Of a stretch of 64,000 bases of DNA, positions 61,971 through 64,000 are shown in pieces. The stretch is taken from NCBI GenBank assembly GCA_002633005.1, contig NMRA01000589.1, positions 154,641 to 218,640 on the forward strand, written 5' to 3'. The stretch is from Phoronis australis (lineage: Eukaryota > Animalia > Phoronida). The translations under genes were made by a program, and so were the position numbers. The first letter of the stretch is position 1. Each line of letters begins with the position of its first letter. The notes beneath the pieces are model-generated. The model made no database searches. It was not told the DNA's origin and worked only from the letters and a program-made list of their open reading frames with translations.

Positions 61971-62768
61971 AGCTGAAATCCTGCTGTATCAGGTTAGCAT
62001 CATGACGTCAAGGAAGTAGAACAAAAATCCAACTCACTTCTCATCTTCCAAAATGATTATTGATTAATTAGTTCAGATATAAGTGAACAGTATGTCGTTA
62101 ATAACCAGGTAATGGGAATATCGATATTTTTCTTTATCGTCCCAAAAATGCTAGGCCAAGTCGAAATTGAAAATTTCAAAAATGAATTAAATCAAATTAG
62201 CGGTGGTCATTAATTTCCCCCTTCATGCAATAATGATGTTAGAGGTAACTTGAAAAGCCTAAATTCTTGTGTTAAAAACAAAGGGTGCTATCTCAAAAGG
62301 GGAGAGCGGCATGGAGCTTCATGAGTTTAATATTTCACGTAATTGAAAGCGTAAAATTACGATGACTTCAATTTGTGTGTTACGTCAGGCAAAGTTGAGG
62401 CCACGGTGGACAAAAGACCGCGTAAAGCTGTAACGAAACCACAAAGCAAAGAGTTTCAAGTTCTTTATCGGAGATAAAGGTAGGCACTTTCCCTGTCTTT
62501 AAATATTATTTTGAAACATTCCGGTGTAACTTTACATGCTTTCTAAATAACACTGCCACTGCCTAAAATAAGTGTGATTTTAGAAAACGTTGCAAATATC
62601 TAACTGAATAGGATACGAAAACTGAAAATTGTTTCCAAAAATAAACAGCTTAAAAGTTTTGCCCTTTTGTATTCGGAACAACAACTCGTACCCGTTGTCT
62701 TAAATATTTAATGTATTTCCAGGCATCTACAGTTCACACCTGTATTGACAATAGAAATCGACGATATA

Positions 62769-63161
62769 ATGAATACGCGTATTCTTCTCGTCTGTATCTT
62801 GGGAGGAAGTTTTCTGGTGGCCGAAGCGCGCCCGTTGATGCCACGAGATACATCTCGTAAACCATCAGATGCATCCCAGCCTTCCAAACCTACTAAGAAA
62901 GTAGACGAAGGTACATGTAGACAACCTAAAGCGCAATTGTGATAATCACAATTTAATGAAACGAAAGATTCTTATTTAATCCAAGATTTTTCACTGAATA
63001 CTTCACAGTGTAAAGTCATTCGAGATCCCCGTCGATGAATTATTTAACTGTTTCTTCTGTCTTTTTCAGTCATAATTTCCTTCGTTCTGTTTGCTGCAAT
63101 TAGCGGTTCAGTGACATGCTTTGCTTGGATCATAAGCGACTTGTTCCTACCCCAATGGTAG
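62769..63161 (+). CDS. Small single-pass membrane protein, 77 aa (signal peptide + short polar ectodomain + TM)
   Basis: Exons 62769-62910 and 63070-63161 join in frame: MNTRILLVCILGGSFLVAEA-RPLMPRDTSRKPSDASQPSKPTKKVDE-VIISFVLFAAISGSVTCFAWIISDLFLPQW*. An upstream acceptor lies at 62722. Confidence 0.55.
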
Positions 63162-64000
63162 TCTCGACGTGGCCCAAACTCCAACAAAGGATTGGTGTAT
63201 TATGGCGACGGAAGAACCTGGTACCACTTCGTATAAAGTGCTGCAACAGTGGGGGAGATAATGGACTATAGGAGAATACATTTATATATACATATACATA
63301 TACATATGTAGTTTTTAATGCCGGTGCAAAGCCGTATATTTGTAAATATACGGCTTTGTACCAAAGCTAGCCTTGGTACAAAGCTGTATACTAAATATAC
63401 TACAGTCTTCTTTTAGTAGACTAAATTATTAAACGGTGTTGGAAAAAATGGCGTCCCACCGTTATTTTGCTGCTAAATTGTGGAGCGATCTATAGCGACG
63501 GCTTCCGGCGCCATGAAGTATTGCGTCACCTATTGGCCAGTTTCTTTTTCCCCCCGATTCTTCAATCAACTGTTGTTCTTTCACAAGTTGCGTACATGTC
63601 ACAAAAAATTATCGGAACTGATTTCACTTCATAATAAGTTTTTAGAATTTTGATACCGAAAGACCGAATTTCAGAACAAATTTTGCTGCTGGGAAGTTGT
63701 CGCAAAATTACGAAATGGCGCGTGCGCGTGACACGAGCGTACCGTTTTCAAAACGACGACATACTTTTCATTGTTAGAAAAGGCGGAGAGTTACGCAAGA
63801 AAACGACGCTTATTGCATTGTTTTTCACTTGAACGGCTGTAACGGGCAAAGTGAGTGTCGATTGATTCCCAGATTTTGCATGCACCGGGCCATCCGGTCA
63901 TTAGCTTTACATGTTGATACAAGTTTCACAGCGAGGTGACGAGCAGAACTACCCTGGTTGTGTGCAATTTCGGGGTCTAAGAAAGAAATGCACACAGTGT

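Overview
Eukaryotic, most likely invertebrate-animal, genomic DNA with GT-AG introns, AATAAA signals, microsatellites and many MITE/LINE remnants. Four spliced genes can be built by hand. (1) On +, a type I membrane protein with 10 tandem CUB domains (two exons each), a TM helix and a long cytoplasmic tail (1543-22327). (2) On -, a ~329-aa protein ending in the domain normally found C-terminal to some animal-type alpha-amylases, with no amylase catalytic domain visible (31240-24009). (3) On +, the main finding: an intron-containing multimodular non-ribosomal peptide synthetase of >=4,740 aa (41204-59977). Its architecture is C(half)-A-T-E-C-A-T-C-A-T-E-C-A(remnant)-T-TE, with two epimerization domains and a thioesterase resembling animal fatty-acid-synthase TE. 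Its introns carry repeats shared with the host flanks, which argues for real integration rather than contamination. (4) A 77-aa signal-peptide/TM microprotein just downstream. The apparent NRPS break at 48933 is a 772-bp overlap around a single N and is probably an assembly artifact. All calls come from reading the sequence by eye; no searches were run.
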